From Thermoplasmatales archaeon SW_10_69_26 (GTDB taxonomy: Archaea > Thermoplasmatota > SW-10-69-26), in the NCBI GenBank assembly GCA_003009755.1, contig PXUB01000042.1, forward strand, positions 32,730-96,729: a DNA stretch of 64,000 nt, given 5' to 3'. Position 1 is the stretch's first letter. Each line of letters starts with the position of its first letter. Below are positions 19,130-29,444 of this stretch, in pieces. Both the position numbers and the translations under genes were made by a program. A model generated the notes under the pieces. The model was given only the letters and a program-made list of their open reading frames with translations. It searched no databases and was not told where the DNA came from.

Positions 19130-19173
19130 TCGCCCGGGACACGTTCAAGGGGCCGTCCGGCGTTCGGGCCGCC

Positions 19174-19764
19174 ATGACCGTGACGCCGTCGCAGATGCTG
19201 CCGCTCGGCACACGCGCCCCCGACTTCTCGCTGCCCGACGAGAACCCGCTCACCGACGAGGGCACCGTGACGTTGAAGCACCACAGCGACCGGCCCGCGG
19301 TCCTCGTGGCCTTCCTCTGCAACCACTGTCCCTACGTCAAGCACATCGTCGACACCTTCGCCGAGAAGGCTAAAGAATACCAAGACCGAGGCGTGGGCGT
19401 GGTCGCCATCTCCAGCAACGATCCCGAGGAGTACCCCGACGACGCTCCCGACCAGATGGCCGACCTCGCCGAAGGGAAGGGCTTCACCTTCCCCTACTGC
19501 TTCGACGAGACCCAGGAGGTCGCCCAAGCCTACCGGGCCGCCTGCACCCCCGACTTCTTCCTCTTCGACGGGGATCTCGAGCTGTTCTACCGCGGCCAGT
19601 TCGACGGCAGCCGACCCGGCAACGACGAGCCCGTCACCGGCGAGGATCTGACCGAGGCCGTCGATCGTGTCCTCGCCGGCGAGGACCGACCCGAGGACCA
19701 GACCCCCAGCCAGGGCTGCAACATCAAGTGGAGATCCGGGAACGAGCCCGAGTACTTCGCCTAA
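19174..19764 (+). CDS. Thioredoxin-family (AhpC/TSA-like) protein
   Basis: APDFSLP, CNHCPYV, TPDFFLFD, YRGQFD, SQGCNIKW. Confidence 0.92.
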   Translation: MTVTPSQMLPLGTRAPDFSLPDENPLTDEGTVTLKHHSDRPAVLVAFLCNHCPYVKHIVDTFAEKAKEYQDRGVGVVAISSNDPEEYPDDAPDQMADLAEGKGFTFPYCFDETQEVAQAYRAACTPDFFLFDGDLELFYRGQFDGSRPGNDEPVTGEDLTEAVDRVLAGEDRPEDQTPSQGCNIKWRSGNEPEYFA

Positions 19765-19823
19765 CGGCTCGTTCCGGACCCCTCACCGGGCTTCAAAGGC
19801 CAACGGCTCGTCACCCAAACCAG

Positions 19824-20691
19824 ATGCTGAGGGCCAGGGACGTCTCGAAGGCCTACCGGGGGGTCGAGGTCGTCGACGACGTCGACATCCACCTCGAACC
19901 GGGCCGCATCGTCGGGCTCGTGGGCGCCAACGGGGTCCAAGACGACCACGATCAAGATGCTGGCCGGGCTCGTCGAGCCGACCAGCGGCTCCGTCGAGCT
20001 CGAAGGCCAAGCCACCGTGACGCCCTGGGCACGAGGGCGCATCGGGCTGCTCACGGAGGCCTCGGCCCTCTACGAAGAGCACACCCCACGCGGGTACCTG
20101 GCCTTCTTCGCCGATCTCTACGACGTTCCCGACGACGTGGCCCGCCAACGCAGCGACCGCGTCCTCGATCGCCTGAGCCTGTCCGCGGAGGCCCGCAGCC
20201 AGCGCATCGGCACGATGAGCAAGGGCATGCGGCGCAAGGTCGCCCTCGCCCGCACCCTGCTCCACGACCCGCCGGTCCTGTTGCTCGACGAGCCGACCAG
20301 CGGCCTGGACCCCGTCACCGCGCGCGAGCTCGAGGACTTCGTCCGGGAGCTGCGCGACGACGACAAAGCCGTGCTGCTCAGCGCCCACGATCTGGCCCAG
20401 GTCGAAGCCCTGTGCGACGAGGTGCTCGTCATGCACGAGGGCCGGGTCCAGCTGCGCGGCTCCGTGCCCGAGCTGCGCGAGGCGGCCGGCGCCAAGCGCT
20501 ACACGATCCGCGCCACGAGCCCGTTCGGTGGCAGCTCGGCCCGCGGGGGCGCCCACGAGGCCACCGTCGAGGCCTGGCCCAAGGTCGAGGACGCCATCGA
20601 CGAGGTGCGCGCCGACGGAGGCGAGGTGCTCGAGGTCGAGTCCGCGCTGCCCGGGCTCGACCAGGTGCTGCGGAACCTCGCGGAGGCCTGA
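19824..20691 (+). pseudogene. ABC transporter ATP-binding protein, frameshifted at Walker A
   Basis: MLRARDVSKAY...GLVGANG then frame change to KTTTIKMLAG; MSKGM signature, LLLDEPT, SAH. Confidence 0.8.
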
Positions 20692-20695
20692 AGCG

Positions 20696-22011
20696 TTGGC
20701 GGACGCGCTGGACGTCGCCCGGCAGGAGATCGCCCGCTACCAGCGCCTCACCGACCGACGCCTCCTCGTCGCGATCGTCGTCCTCGGCGCGCTTGTCGGC
20801 GGCATCTGGCCCGTCGCCCAGGATCGCGGGGTCCACCCCGACCAGGGGTTGTACGCGGTCTAAACCGAGGAGGGCTCGCCCGTGGCCGCCGTCGTCGACA
20901 GCGATCCCTCCCTGGTGCACGCCGGCGAGGATCGAGCCCCGGACGTCATCGTCTCCGGGAACCGCATCGTCTGGAGCCCGGACAGCGACCGATCGGAGGC
21001 CGCCGCCGACCGGCTCGAGACCGCCGCCCAGGTCTATAGGGACGAGGCCATGCTCGACGAGGAGGATCAGGCCGCGGCCTTCCCCCCCCGGCGCCGTCGG
21101 GGTCGCCCCCGAGATGAAGGTCGCCTACACCGGCAACGGCACCTTCGACGAGACCCTGCAGGCCAGCGGCCACCTCGCACCGGTCGAGATGGACACCGAC
21201 GAGGCCTTCCAGGCGTTCCGCGATGGCCGGGTCTCCGGCGTCGTCCACGAGCACGATCCCGGGCCCGATCCCCCACGCGTCGTCTCGGCCACGGTACCGG
21301 AAGGCGAGATCGTCTCCTCGTTGCTCGTCACCGAGCTGAAAACCTCGCTCGAGGACTACGAGCGCCAGCTGCGCGAGGACAACGCCGACCGCCTGGAGCA
21401 CCCGATCATCACGTACGCCGAGTCCGAGGCCCAGCCCAACGTCGCGTTCACGTTCGCCTACAGCGTCCTGATCCCGCTCCTCGTCGCGACGCCCGTCTTC
21501 GGCGGGAGCGATCACCGCCGACTCGCTCAGCGACGAGATCAACGAGAACACGCTCCCGCTGCTGCAGGCCAGCCCGCTCACCAGCACCGAGATCGTGCTC
21601 GGCAAGCTCGCCGCGCCCGTGCTGCTCGTGCCCGCGCAGGTGGCCGCCTGGGTCCTGCTGTTGCCGGTCAACGGGCTGCCGGTCGCCCGGCTGGACGTCG
21701 TCCTCCTGACGGCGACCGTGCTGGGCGCCCTGCTGTCCGGGTGCGGCACGCTCGTGGCCGCCTTCACCCAGCGCGAGGGCCCCACGCAGGCCGTCTACAC
21801 GGTGCTCGTGCTCGGCTTGGGGTTGGCCAGCCTGCTGGCGCCCCAGGACCCGGCCAACCTGATCGCGCGCGCCAGCGTCGGCACGCTCTCGGCGGCCAGC
21901 TGGGTCACGGTTGGGGCCTACGCGGCCCTGGCGGCTGTCGTCCTCGCTGGCGCTGTGCTCGTGGTGCGGTCCCGGCTCCGGGCCGACCAGCTTCGACCCG
22001 GAGCCGGATGA
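20696..22011 (+). pseudogene. ABC transporter permease gene(s), disrupted
   Basis: TTG start; in-frame TAA at 20861-20863; frame breaks near 21085 and 21500; C-terminal ABC-2 permease motif DSLSDEINENTLPLLQASP...IVLGKL. Confidence 0.7.
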
Positions 22012-22024
22012 GGACGGGCCTCGG

Positions 22025-24277
22025 TCACCAGCGCTGCCGTCGCAGAGCGGTCAACGCGGCCGCCAGGGCCGAGAGGACCGCCAGGATGCCGAAGCCCGGG
22101 ACCGGCATCGGCCCGTCGTCGGCGTCGGTGCTCGCGGCGTCGAGCTCCTCGCCGTCGGCGCTGTTCTCGCCGGTGATCGGGCTCGGGTCCGTCGTGTTCT
22201 CGCGCGGGCTCCGGTCGACCGACATCTGCCAGTCGAGCGCGTTGCGGACGATCTGGTTGCCCGTGTACGTCGTAGCGTAGTCGGCGAGCCCGTAGGGATG
22301 GTAGTACGCCTCGCTGGGGTTGGGCAAAAGCGCCCCCACGAAGCTGATCTCGCCCTCGCCCTTCGTGACCTGGCCGAGGTTGACCTGATCCTCGTCGAGC
22401 TGGCCGACGGTCTCGCCGTCGGCGTCCTCGAGGTCCGAGCGGTCGACGAACCACGCCGGGGCGTTCTCGCCCTCCTCGAAGCCCAGCGGCATCGGCTCGA
22501 ACGTCTGCCGGGCGAGGCCGCGCACGCCGTCGGCGAGCTCGTGGTCGCGGTCCACGAAGTTCGTGTGACCGGCGTAGACGCTCGCCTCGTCGATCGCGCT
22601 CTCGGCGACGACGCCCAAGGGCGCCAGCAGGCGGAGCGCGCTGTCGGTCAACAGCAGGTTGCCGCCGTCCTCGACGAAAGTCTCGAGCGCGGCGACGGCG
22701 TCCTCGTTGCCGAGGATGCGTTCGGCCGCGCTGCCCGGGACGACGAGGTTGTCGACCCGGTCGAGGGAGCCGAAAGCCTCGGGGGCCAGCGGTTGAGCCG
22801 GGTTCGCCTCGCCGTCGTCGACGAGGTAGGGTTGCCGATCCTCGAAGTAGGCGTTGGGGGTGGCGTTGTAGCCGTCGTTCTCCCAGTCCCAGTTGTCGTC
22901 GGCGTCGTTGATCGACGCCCACCCGGTCAGCTCGTCGTTGTCCTCGCTCGTCGCGAGGTCCTCGGTCGGGACGTAGGCCGTCTCGGTGCCGTTGGTCTCG
23001 ATCTCGACATGGAACGTCTCGGCGGCGACGTCCATGAACGAGCCGACGATCGTGCGCGTCGTCTCGATGTGGTAGGCGTTCATCCGCTGCGAGACGCCGG
23101 GGTAGTAGTTGTCGAACGTGATATGGTTGTAGGCGAACTCGAAGTCGACGCCGGGCGCGTCGAGGCCGTCGTTCTGGGCGAAGAAGTCGCTGGAGAACCC
23201 GGAGTCGACGTACCCGATCGTGTCCCACACGGTGCCCCAGTCGTTGAACTCGCCGCCCCAGGCGCCGGCCTCGGGCGCGGCGTTCCACTCGGCGAAGCTC
23301 GGGTTGGCGTTCAGCCGCTGCTTGATGAGTTCGGCGAGCGCGGTCGTGACCTTGACCTCGGCCGGCTCCATCTGCGCGGCGGGCAGCATCGTCAACACGA
23401 AGTTGCCCTCACGCAGGCAGACCTCGCCCTCGCCGGCGACGTTGGGCGGGTTCACGCACTGCACCTCGCGGCTGGAGTCGATCAACGCGTTGGCCGGGTA
23501 GAGCATGCCGTGCAGGTCGCTGGCGAGGTGGATGTCCGTGAAGTTCGTCGTCAGCCACGTCCAGAACGCCCGCGTCTCCGGCTCCTTGAGCGCGGCGTGC
23601 GAGAGCTCGGTCGTGTTGCCGCGGCTCCAGCCGGTCGTCGGGGCCTGGCGGTTGAGGTCGGTCCCGTTGCCGTTGCCGCGAACGTAGTTCTGCGTCTCGA
23701 CGCCGGCGACGGAGAGGTACTCGGCGTCGTTTTGCCGGTACTCCGCCTGCTCGTGAGTCCAACCGTCGGGGTTGGGGAATAGGAAGATCAACCGCGTGTA
23801 GTCCAGCATGGCGAGCCGGTCCTCGGTCGCCACGCCGGTGTCCGTCTCGTCGTTGGTGGCCTTGGCGAAGTCCTCGATGACGCGGAGACCCCCCTCGCGG
23901 CCACCCTTCTCGTTGCCGTGGATCGAGAGCATGAACAGGACGTTCAGCTTCTCGTCCTCGGGCACGGTCGACGCCTCGTTCGTGACCGTGACGGCGAACG
24001 TCGGGAACGTGTCGTGACCGCCGGCTGCGTTGTCCCAGCCGTAGGATGGCCCGATCTCGTGGTAGGTCACGAGGTCGGGGTTCTCCTCCTCGAGGGTCTC
24101 GAGCCCGTCGAGCGCGTCCTCCAGGGACGCGAAGTCGTTCGTCTCCATCGCCTCCGGGAACAGCCGTCCCGTGACCGTGCGGGCCTCCTCCCCGAACAGG
24201 CCGGGGGTCGGGAGGGCCGAGGCCATCGGCGTCGTGATCATCACCGCCGCCAGCAGGATCGCTCCAACCCGTCGCAT
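22025..24277 (-). CDS. Secreted M14 zinc carboxypeptidase with PGF-CTERM-like anchor
   Basis: Signal peptide; IHGNE, NPDG, RGN..GTDLNR, DLHG; C-terminal VPGFG + TM + RRQR. Confidence 0.88.
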   Translation of the reverse strand: MRRVGAILLAAVMITTPMASALPTPGLFGEEARTVTGRLFPEAMETNDFASLEDALDGLETLEEENPDLVTYHEIGPSYGWDNAAGGHDTFPTFAVTVTNEASTVPEDEKLNVLFMLSIHGNEKGGREGGLRVIEDFAKATNDETDTGVATEDRLAMLDYTRLIFLFPNPDGWTHEQAEYRQNDAEYLSVAGVETQNYVRGNGNGTDLNRQAPTTGWSRGNTTELSHAALKEPETRAFWTWLTTNFTDIHLASDLHGMLYPANALIDSSREVQCVNPPNVAGEGEVCLREGNFVLTMLPAAQMEPAEVKVTTALAELIKQRLNANPSFAEWNAAPEAGAWGGEFNDWGTVWDTIGYVDSGFSSDFFAQNDGLDAPGVDFEFAYNHITFDNYYPGVSQRMNAYHIETTRTIVGSFMDVAAETFHVEIETNGTETAYVPTEDLATSEDNDELTGWASINDADDNWDWENDGYNATPNAYFEDRQPYLVDDGEANPAQPLAPEAFGSLDRVDNLVVPGSAAERILGNEDAVAALETFVEDGGNLLLTDSALRLLAPLGVVAESAIDEASVYAGHTNFVDRDHELADGVRGLARQTFEPMPLGFEEGENAPAWFVDRSDLEDADGETVGQLDEDQVNLGQVTKGEGEISFVGALLPNPSEAYYHPYGLADYATTYTGNQIVRNALDWQMSVDRSPRENTTDPSPITGENSADGEELDAASTDADDGPMPVPGFGILAVLSALAAALTALRRQRW

Positions 24278-24394
24278 GCTCGCTCGCTACTCACCCTCCG
24301 GCTACTTAGGCGTTGTTGGTGAACGGACGGGCGCTTCACCCAGCCGTCCCCTCAGGCCGCAAACGTCGTAGGCCAGGTCCGACTAGGCCGACCG

Positions 24395-25105
24395 ATGCCC
24401 TTCGACACGAAGCAGGCCGCACGCGAGCGCGTCTGGTCCACGCTCGAGGACGAGGGCCTGGCCCGGTTCCCCTTCCCGCCCCAGGGACGGATCCCGAACT
24501 TCGCCGGAGCCCAGGATGCCGCCGCCCGGCTCGTCGACCAGCCGCTTTTGCGCGAGGCCGACCGCGTCAAGGTCAACCCCGACGCGCCCCAACGCTTCGT
24601 GCGCCAGGCCCTGCTCGAGGCCGGCACCAGGGTGTTCGTCCCGACCCCGCGCCTGCGGGGTGGGTTCAAGCGCTTGGACCCCGACGCGATCGCGGCCGAG
24701 GACCTGGCGGACGCAGCCAAGCTCTCGCAGATGGACGCCCACGCCGAACCGGTCGACCTCGACGAGCTGCCCGCCATGGACGCGATCGTCGCCGGCAGCG
24801 TCGCCGTCACCCGCGAGGGCCGCCGCGCGGGCAAGGGCGAGGGCTACACCGACCTCGAGTACGCGATCTTGCGCGAGCTCGGCCACCCGGACACGCCCGT
24901 CGCCACCACCGTCCACCCGGTCCAGATCGTCGACGGCCTACCGCGCGACGACACCGACGTCCCGCTGTCGCTCGTCGTCAGCCCCGAGGAGGCGATCCGT
25001 GTCGACGAGACGCCGCCCGCGCCGGAGGGCATCGATTGGACGAAGCTCGACGAGGACCGCATCGAGGAGATGCCCGTGCTCGCTGAGATGCGCCAGCGGT
25101 CGTGA
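24395..25105 (+). CDS. 5-formyltetrahydrofolate cyclo-ligase family protein
   Basis: RFPFP..GRIPNF.GA, KVNPDAPQ, GKGEGY.DLEY, TTVH. Confidence 0.9.
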   Translation: MPFDTKQAARERVWSTLEDEGLARFPFPPQGRIPNFAGAQDAAARLVDQPLLREADRVKVNPDAPQRFVRQALLEAGTRVFVPTPRLRGGFKRLDPDAIAAEDLADAAKLSQMDAHAEPVDLDELPAMDAIVAGSVAVTREGRRAGKGEGYTDLEYAILRELGHPDTPVATTVHPVQIVDGLPRDDTDVPLSLVVSPEEAIRVDETPPAPEGIDWTKLDEDRIEEMPVLAEMRQRS

Positions 25106-25231
25106 CGGGCGCAAAGCTAAGTCTGGCGAGCGGCGGTCCAGTGAGAAGGGACAAAGGGAAGGCCCAGGTCGATCCGAGGATCGACGTGGGCTAGGCGTCC
25201 TCGCGGACGCAGCCGGGGAAGGCGAGACCGG

Positions 25232-25357
25232 TCAGTAGGGGCTGTCGAGGCGCTCGACGTCGGTGGCGCGGAGGCCTCGGTCGCCCTCTTCGATCTCGAA
25301 CTCGAACTCGTCCCCTTCTTGGGGCTCACCGCCTTCGATGTCGTCCATGTGGAAGAA
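25232..25357 (-). pseudogene. Cold-shock protein copy 4, 5' half missing
   Basis: Encodes FFHMDDIEGGEPQEGDEFEFEIEEGDRGLRATDVERLDSPY with no upstream RNP1 segment. Confidence 0.75.
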
Positions 25358-25385
25358 TCGTGTGGGGTAGGACGATCGCTACAGG

Positions 25386-25604
25386 CTAGGTGCCTCCGCC
25401 ACCGCCGGTCTCGATCCGGTCCAGCTGTTTGGCCCGCAACCCGCGGGGGCCCTCCTCGATCTCGAACGCGAACTCCTCGCCCTGCTGGGGCTCGGGGCCG
25501 TCGATGTCCTCCAGGTGGGAGAAGGGATCATCGTCGGCGTCGGTCGTCTCGAGGAAGCCGTATCCTTTCCGGTCGTGGAAGAACGTGGCCTTCCCGCTCG
25601 GCAT
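25386..25604 (-). CDS. Cold-shock protein copy 3
   Basis: MPSGKATFFHDRKGYGFL...GPRGLRA; RNP2 altered to PFSH. Confidence 0.9.
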   Translation of the reverse strand: MPSGKATFFHDRKGYGFLETTDADDDPFSHLEDIDGPEPQQGEEFAFEIEEGPRGLRAKQLDRIETGGGGGT

Positions 25605-25648
25605 GGTGGGGCTCCGTTGGAGCAACGATCGCCCGCCGTCAGGCGACC

Positions 25649-25818
25649 TCAGAAGCCTCCGCCGCTGTCGAGGCGGCTGATGTCGGTGGCGCGGAGGCCT
25701 CGGTCGCCCTCTTCGATCTCGAACTCGAACTCGTCCCCTTCTTGGGGCTCACCGCCTTCGATGTCGTCCATGTGGAAGAATTCCGGTCGTGGAAGAACGT
25801 GACTTTCCCGCTCGGCAT
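25649..25818 (-). pseudogene. Cold-shock protein copy 2 with internal frameshifting deletion
   Basis: MPSGKVTFFHDR joined out of frame to FFHMDDIEG...; the GYGF segment is absent. Confidence 0.75.
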
Positions 25819-25864
25819 TGTCGAACCTCGCTGTGTTTGTCTCGGTATCGGAGATCGGTGAGGC

Positions 25865-26083
25865 TTAGAAGCCTCCGCCGCCACCGCTGTCGGTGCGGGT
25901 GAGGTCGGTGGCGCGGAGACCGCGCTCTCCCTCTTCGATCTCGAACTCGAACTCTTCGCCCTCTTGGGGCTCAGGGCCGTCGATGTCGTCCATGTGGAAG
26001 AAGACGTCGTCGTCGGCCTCGGGGGTTTCGATGAAACCGTACCCCTTCCTATCGTGGAAGAAGGCTACCTTACCGCTAGCCAT
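25865..26083 (-). CDS. Cold-shock protein copy 1
   Basis: MASGKVAFFHDRKGYGFIE...DVFFH; BRE/TATA-like GAAAAGCTTATC about 28 nt upstream. Confidence 0.92.
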   Translation of the reverse strand: MASGKVAFFHDRKGYGFIETPEADDDVFFHMDDIDGPEPQEGEEFEFEIEEGERGLRATDLTRTDSGGGGGF

Positions 26084-26147
26084 CAAACCCATTCAAGAAC
26101 GCCTATTTGATAAGCTTTTCCCTCCTGGTCGGGGGGCCTCGGCGGTT

Positions 26148-26576
26148 TCAGGCCCGTTCGAGCGCCGAATCGACGTCCTCACGCCGAACCTCCAGCGTCG
26201 CTTCGACGCGACCGTCCCGGACGAGGACGGGGACCTCCTGCAACCATCGATCCCGCAGGCGCTCGTCCTCGGTCACGTCGACCTCCCACAAGGCGAAGCC
26301 GAGCTCGGCCTGGGCATCGCGCAGGATCGCCCGAGCCTCGTCGCAGTGCGCGCACTCGTCGCGCACGACGAGCAGCAACGTCTCCCGACCGGGATCCTCC
26401 TCCACTCGCAGACTGAACGCCAGAGCCGTCAACAGACCCCCAGCGAGGATCAGGCCGGCGCCCAGCCGCCGCGATCCCCGGGCCAGGCGCTCGAGGCCCA
26501 GCCCGAGGACGGCGGTGGCGATCGCCAGCAGGACGCCCGTCGCCTCCGTGAACCGGCGAGCGGGCAGCTCGAACAT
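26148..26576 (-). CDS. Membrane-anchored glutaredoxin-like protein (DUF836 type)
   Basis: Two N-terminal TM helices; CAHC; EVPVL; last gene of the pet operon. Confidence 0.7.
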   Translation of the reverse strand: MFELPARRFTEATGVLLAIATAVLGLGLERLARGSRRLGAGLILAGGLLTALAFSLRVEEDPGRETLLLVVRDECAHCDEARAILRDAQAELGFALWEVDVTEDERLRDRWLQEVPVLVRDGRVEATLEVRREDVDSALERA

Positions 26577-26581
26577 CGGCC

Positions 26582-27403
26582 TCACCGCACGCGGTAGTAG
26601 TTGCGGTTCAGCTTGAAGACACGGTCGCCCTCGTCCATCATGCGCTCACGCCACGTCTTGATGCCGACGTACGTGAGCACCGCCAAGGTCAGCGGTAACA
26701 GCACCGTCATCCAGCTCAAAAGATCCCACTGCAAGAACTGGAAGAAGGGACCGATCAGGTCCTGGCCGAACTTGGTGGCCGTGACGGGCCAGCGGTTGTA
26801 GATCACGTTGTTGATCGAGTAGACGCTGGCCATCGTCAGGACGCCGAGCGCGAACACGCCCACGGAGGTCGTGAACGGCTGCTCCTGTGGGCGTTGGGCC
26901 TTCCCCCGATCCAGGAACGGGATCAGGAACAGCGGGATCAGCAACGGTGTGTGGAGCCCGATCAGACCCATCAGCTTGGCGTTCATCGGCCCGATGATCG
27001 GGAGCTGCACGATGGCGGTGCTGGGGCCCATGTCCCAGGGGGTCCACCACTGGCGGTCCCAGACGTGCCACCACTCGCCGACCCAGGCGCCCTCGGGGCC
27101 GTTCAACAGCTGGAAGTCGTTGCCCAGCTTGAGGAGCCCGTAGGACCACAGGAGGTACCAGTCCGGCAGGATGACCTCGGGTTGGCCGGCCGGATTGGCC
27201 GGTCCCTCGAGGAAGTAGGGCATGAACGCGGCCAGGTACAGCAGGGCCGCGGTGAAGAAGCAGACGATGACGATGTTGCGCACCATCTCGTGGGGCCAGA
27301 AGGGGAAGCCCTCGACCGGGCGCAGGGATTTCTCATCCCGGCGCTGGTTGTCCATGCGTTCGGCCTCCTCCACGTACTCCTGGGTGAGGGCCTTCAGGCT
27401 CAC
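26582..27403 (-). CDS. petD: Cytochrome b C-terminal subunit (PetD / subunit IV-like)
   Basis: PFWPH, PANP, ILPDWY (PEWY-equivalent), PFLDR. Confidence 0.85.
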   Translation of the reverse strand: MSLKALTQEYVEEAERMDNQRRDEKSLRPVEGFPFWPHEMVRNIVIVCFFTAALLYLAAFMPYFLEGPANPAGQPEVILPDWYLLWSYGLLKLGNDFQLLNGPEGAWVGEWWHVWDRQWWTPWDMGPSTAIVQLPIIGPMNAKLMGLIGLHTPLLIPLFLIPFLDRGKAQRPQEQPFTTSVGVFALGVLTMASVYSINNVIYNRWPVTATKFGQDLIGPFFQFLQWDLLSWMTVLLPLTLAVLTYVGIKTWRERMMDEGDRVFKLNRNYYRVR

Positions 27404-27466
27404 TGCGGACCCCTCCCCGTCGTCGGATGCCGTGTGAACGGTGTGGGCGTGGTCATCGTCGTCTCC

Positions 27467-28270
27467 TCAGTGCGGCTCCGCGATGCCTTGCCACCAGACG
27501 ATGGCGACGTGAGCGATCGAGGCGCCGAACGTCAAAAGCGGTAGCAGGATGACGTGCAAGACGTACATCCGCGTCACGGTCTCCTGTCCGAGCTCGACGC
27601 CCCCGAACAGCAGCCCGGCCAGCCACTTGCCGAGGATCGGTGTCGACAACGACATCTCCAACCCGATCCGGCCGGCCCAGAACGACAGCTGGCTCCAGGG
27701 CAGGATGTAGCCGGTGTAACCGAGCCCGAGCGTGAGCAGGAACAGGACGACGCCGAGCAGCCAGTTCAGCTCGCGCGGTTTCTTGTACGCCTGCGTGAAG
27801 TAGACGCGGGCCATGTGCAGCACGACCGCGGACACCATGACCATCGCGCTCCAGAAGTGGACGGCGCGGATCATGAAGCCCAGCGGCATCTCGGTCATGA
27901 TCAAGGCGACCGACTGCCAGGCTTGCGTCGCCTCGCCGACGCCCTCCATCATGACCGAGGACGTCGACGGGATGTAGTAGAACGTGAGCAGGATGCCGGA
28001 GATCGTGGCGAAGATGAACGCCAGGAACACGATCGAGCCCAGCGCGTACAGCGGGTACCAGTACCAGATGACGCGCAGGTTGTACTTCTCCGTGTGCGTG
28101 CGCGGGAGCTCGAAGTTCAGCTGATGGTAGAAGTGCTGGATGCTGTCCGCGTAGTTGCGGATGCGGTAGCGCTCGTCGAGCCAGGCGAAGGCCGCCAGCA
28201 GGAGCTTGGCGATTGGGCCGGGCTCGGTGAAGTCGTCGTCACGGCGAGCTTCGACGCCGTCCGGACTCAA
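27467..28270 (-). CDS. petB: Cytochrome b N-terminal subunit (b6-like)
   Basis: Four heme His (RAVH..LH, VLH..AH), YKKPRELNW, TGYILPW, ends GIAEPH. Confidence 0.92.
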   Translation of the reverse strand: MSPDGVEARRDDDFTEPGPIAKLLLAAFAWLDERYRIRNYADSIQHFYHQLNFELPRTHTEKYNLRVIWYWYPLYALGSIVFLAFIFATISGILLTFYYIPSTSSVMMEGVGEATQAWQSVALIMTEMPLGFMIRAVHFWSAMVMVSAVVLHMARVYFTQAYKKPRELNWLLGVVLFLLTLGLGYTGYILPWSQLSFWAGRIGLEMSLSTPILGKWLAGLLFGGVELGQETVTRMYVLHVILLPLLTFGASIAHVAIVWWQGIAEPH

Positions 28271-28272
28271 GG

Positions 28273-29142
28273 CTAGTGCCCACCTCCGCCCTCGCCGCCT
28301 CCGCCCCCGCCGCCGCCACCGGGACCGGCGTCGGGGTACTCGAAGATCGTGCGGTTGTACGTCTCGATCTGGAACGGATCGTAGCGGGACAGGTGGCAGG
28401 TGCAGAAGATCGTGTCGCCGTAACCGGACGAGATCGCCAGCTCGGCGGTGTGGAAGTCCGGCACGCAGCAGAAGTGCGTGCAGAACGAGCAGCAGGCCAT
28501 GAAGATGTCATCCGGGTCGTCCGGATGCTCGGGGAACCAGCCCTCGCGGATCTCGTCCGCGATCGGCGTGGGGACCGTCGACATGAACCCCAGCTCCTCC
28601 TTCGGGGCTCGAACGATGATGCCGCTGATCTTGCTCTCGGGCTCGACGCCCTCCGAGCGCCATCGGAACGCGGCGCCCGATCCGGGGTAGCCCTCCCACT
28701 GCTCGTCGGGCGTGTCCTTCGGGAAGTCGCTGTAGTGGACCTCCTCGTCGATGTGCTCGGTGAACCAGGCGTCGAAGCCCTTGGCGACCTTCTCCTCGCT
28801 GACGTCGTAGCGGAGGACGTTGTCGGACTCGAAGCCCTGGAACGTCCCGGGCGCGCGCTCGTGAGAGCAATACTTGTACCACTTGAGCTGGTCCTCGGCG
28901 GCGTCGGGCCGGCCGCGGAGGATCCCGTCGTCGGTGATCTCCAGCGGGATCAACGGCAGGCCGTAGGGCGCCGGCGAGCCGGGGAGGACGCGCATGCCAG
29001 GGTACGAGATGTTGACGATCTCGACGCCGACGTCGGACACGGGTTGCAGCATGCCGAACCCGGCGGCGGTCACGGCACCGCCTGCCCCGACACCGGCACA
29101 GGCTTTCACGAAGCTCCTCCGATCGAATCCGTCTCCTGGCAT
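28273..29142 (-). CDS. Rieske [2Fe-2S] protein with Tat signal
   Basis: DRRSFVK twin-arginine motif; CTHFCC and CTCH boxes. Confidence 0.9.
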   Translation of the reverse strand: MPGDGFDRRSFVKACAGVGAGGAVTAAGFGMLQPVSDVGVEIVNISYPGMRVLPGSPAPYGLPLIPLEITDDGILRGRPDAAEDQLKWYKYCSHERAPGTFQGFESDNVLRYDVSEEKVAKGFDAWFTEHIDEEVHYSDFPKDTPDEQWEGYPGSGAAFRWRSEGVEPESKISGIIVRAPKEELGFMSTVPTPIADEIREGWFPEHPDDPDDIFMACCSFCTHFCCVPDFHTAELAISSGYGDTIFCTCHLSRYDPFQIETYNRTIFEYPDAGPGGGGGGGGGEGGGGH

Positions 29143-29147
29143 GGTTC

Positions 29148-29435
29148 TCACAGCAGGTCTTCCCACTTCTCCTTCCGCTGCTTCACGACGATGATGTCGT
29201 CGAGGTAGAAGCGGCGGTAGAGGGCGAGGATGACGCCCAGCACGAGGAACGCGCTAGCGAGCCAGAACGTGAGGATCTGTTGAGCGTTGGGCGAGTTCCA
29301 GCCGAGCACGACGCCGGCCGAGAACAGGCCCACGAACGCGAGCTCCACGATCGTCAGCAACACGATGGCGACAGCCACGCCAAGCGGGGCCTCGGCCGGT
29401 TCGTGTCGGACGACGTCGCCGGGCTCTCTCGCCAC
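29148..29435 (-). CDS. Small two-TM protein in the pet operon
   Basis: Two TM helices; C-terminal YRR...K..KWED; lies between cupredoxin and Rieske genes. Confidence 0.75.
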   Translation of the reverse strand: MAREPGDVVRHEPAEAPLGVAVAIVLLTIVELAFVGLFSAGVVLGWNSPNAQQILTFWLASAFLVLGVILALYRRFYLDDIIVVKQRKEKWEDLL

Positions 29436-29444
29436 TCGAACACC

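Noticed and set aside
25232-26083. Regularly spaced repeats resembling a CRISPR array
   Set aside because: Repeats are coding sequence of tandem cold-shock paralogs; no cas genes
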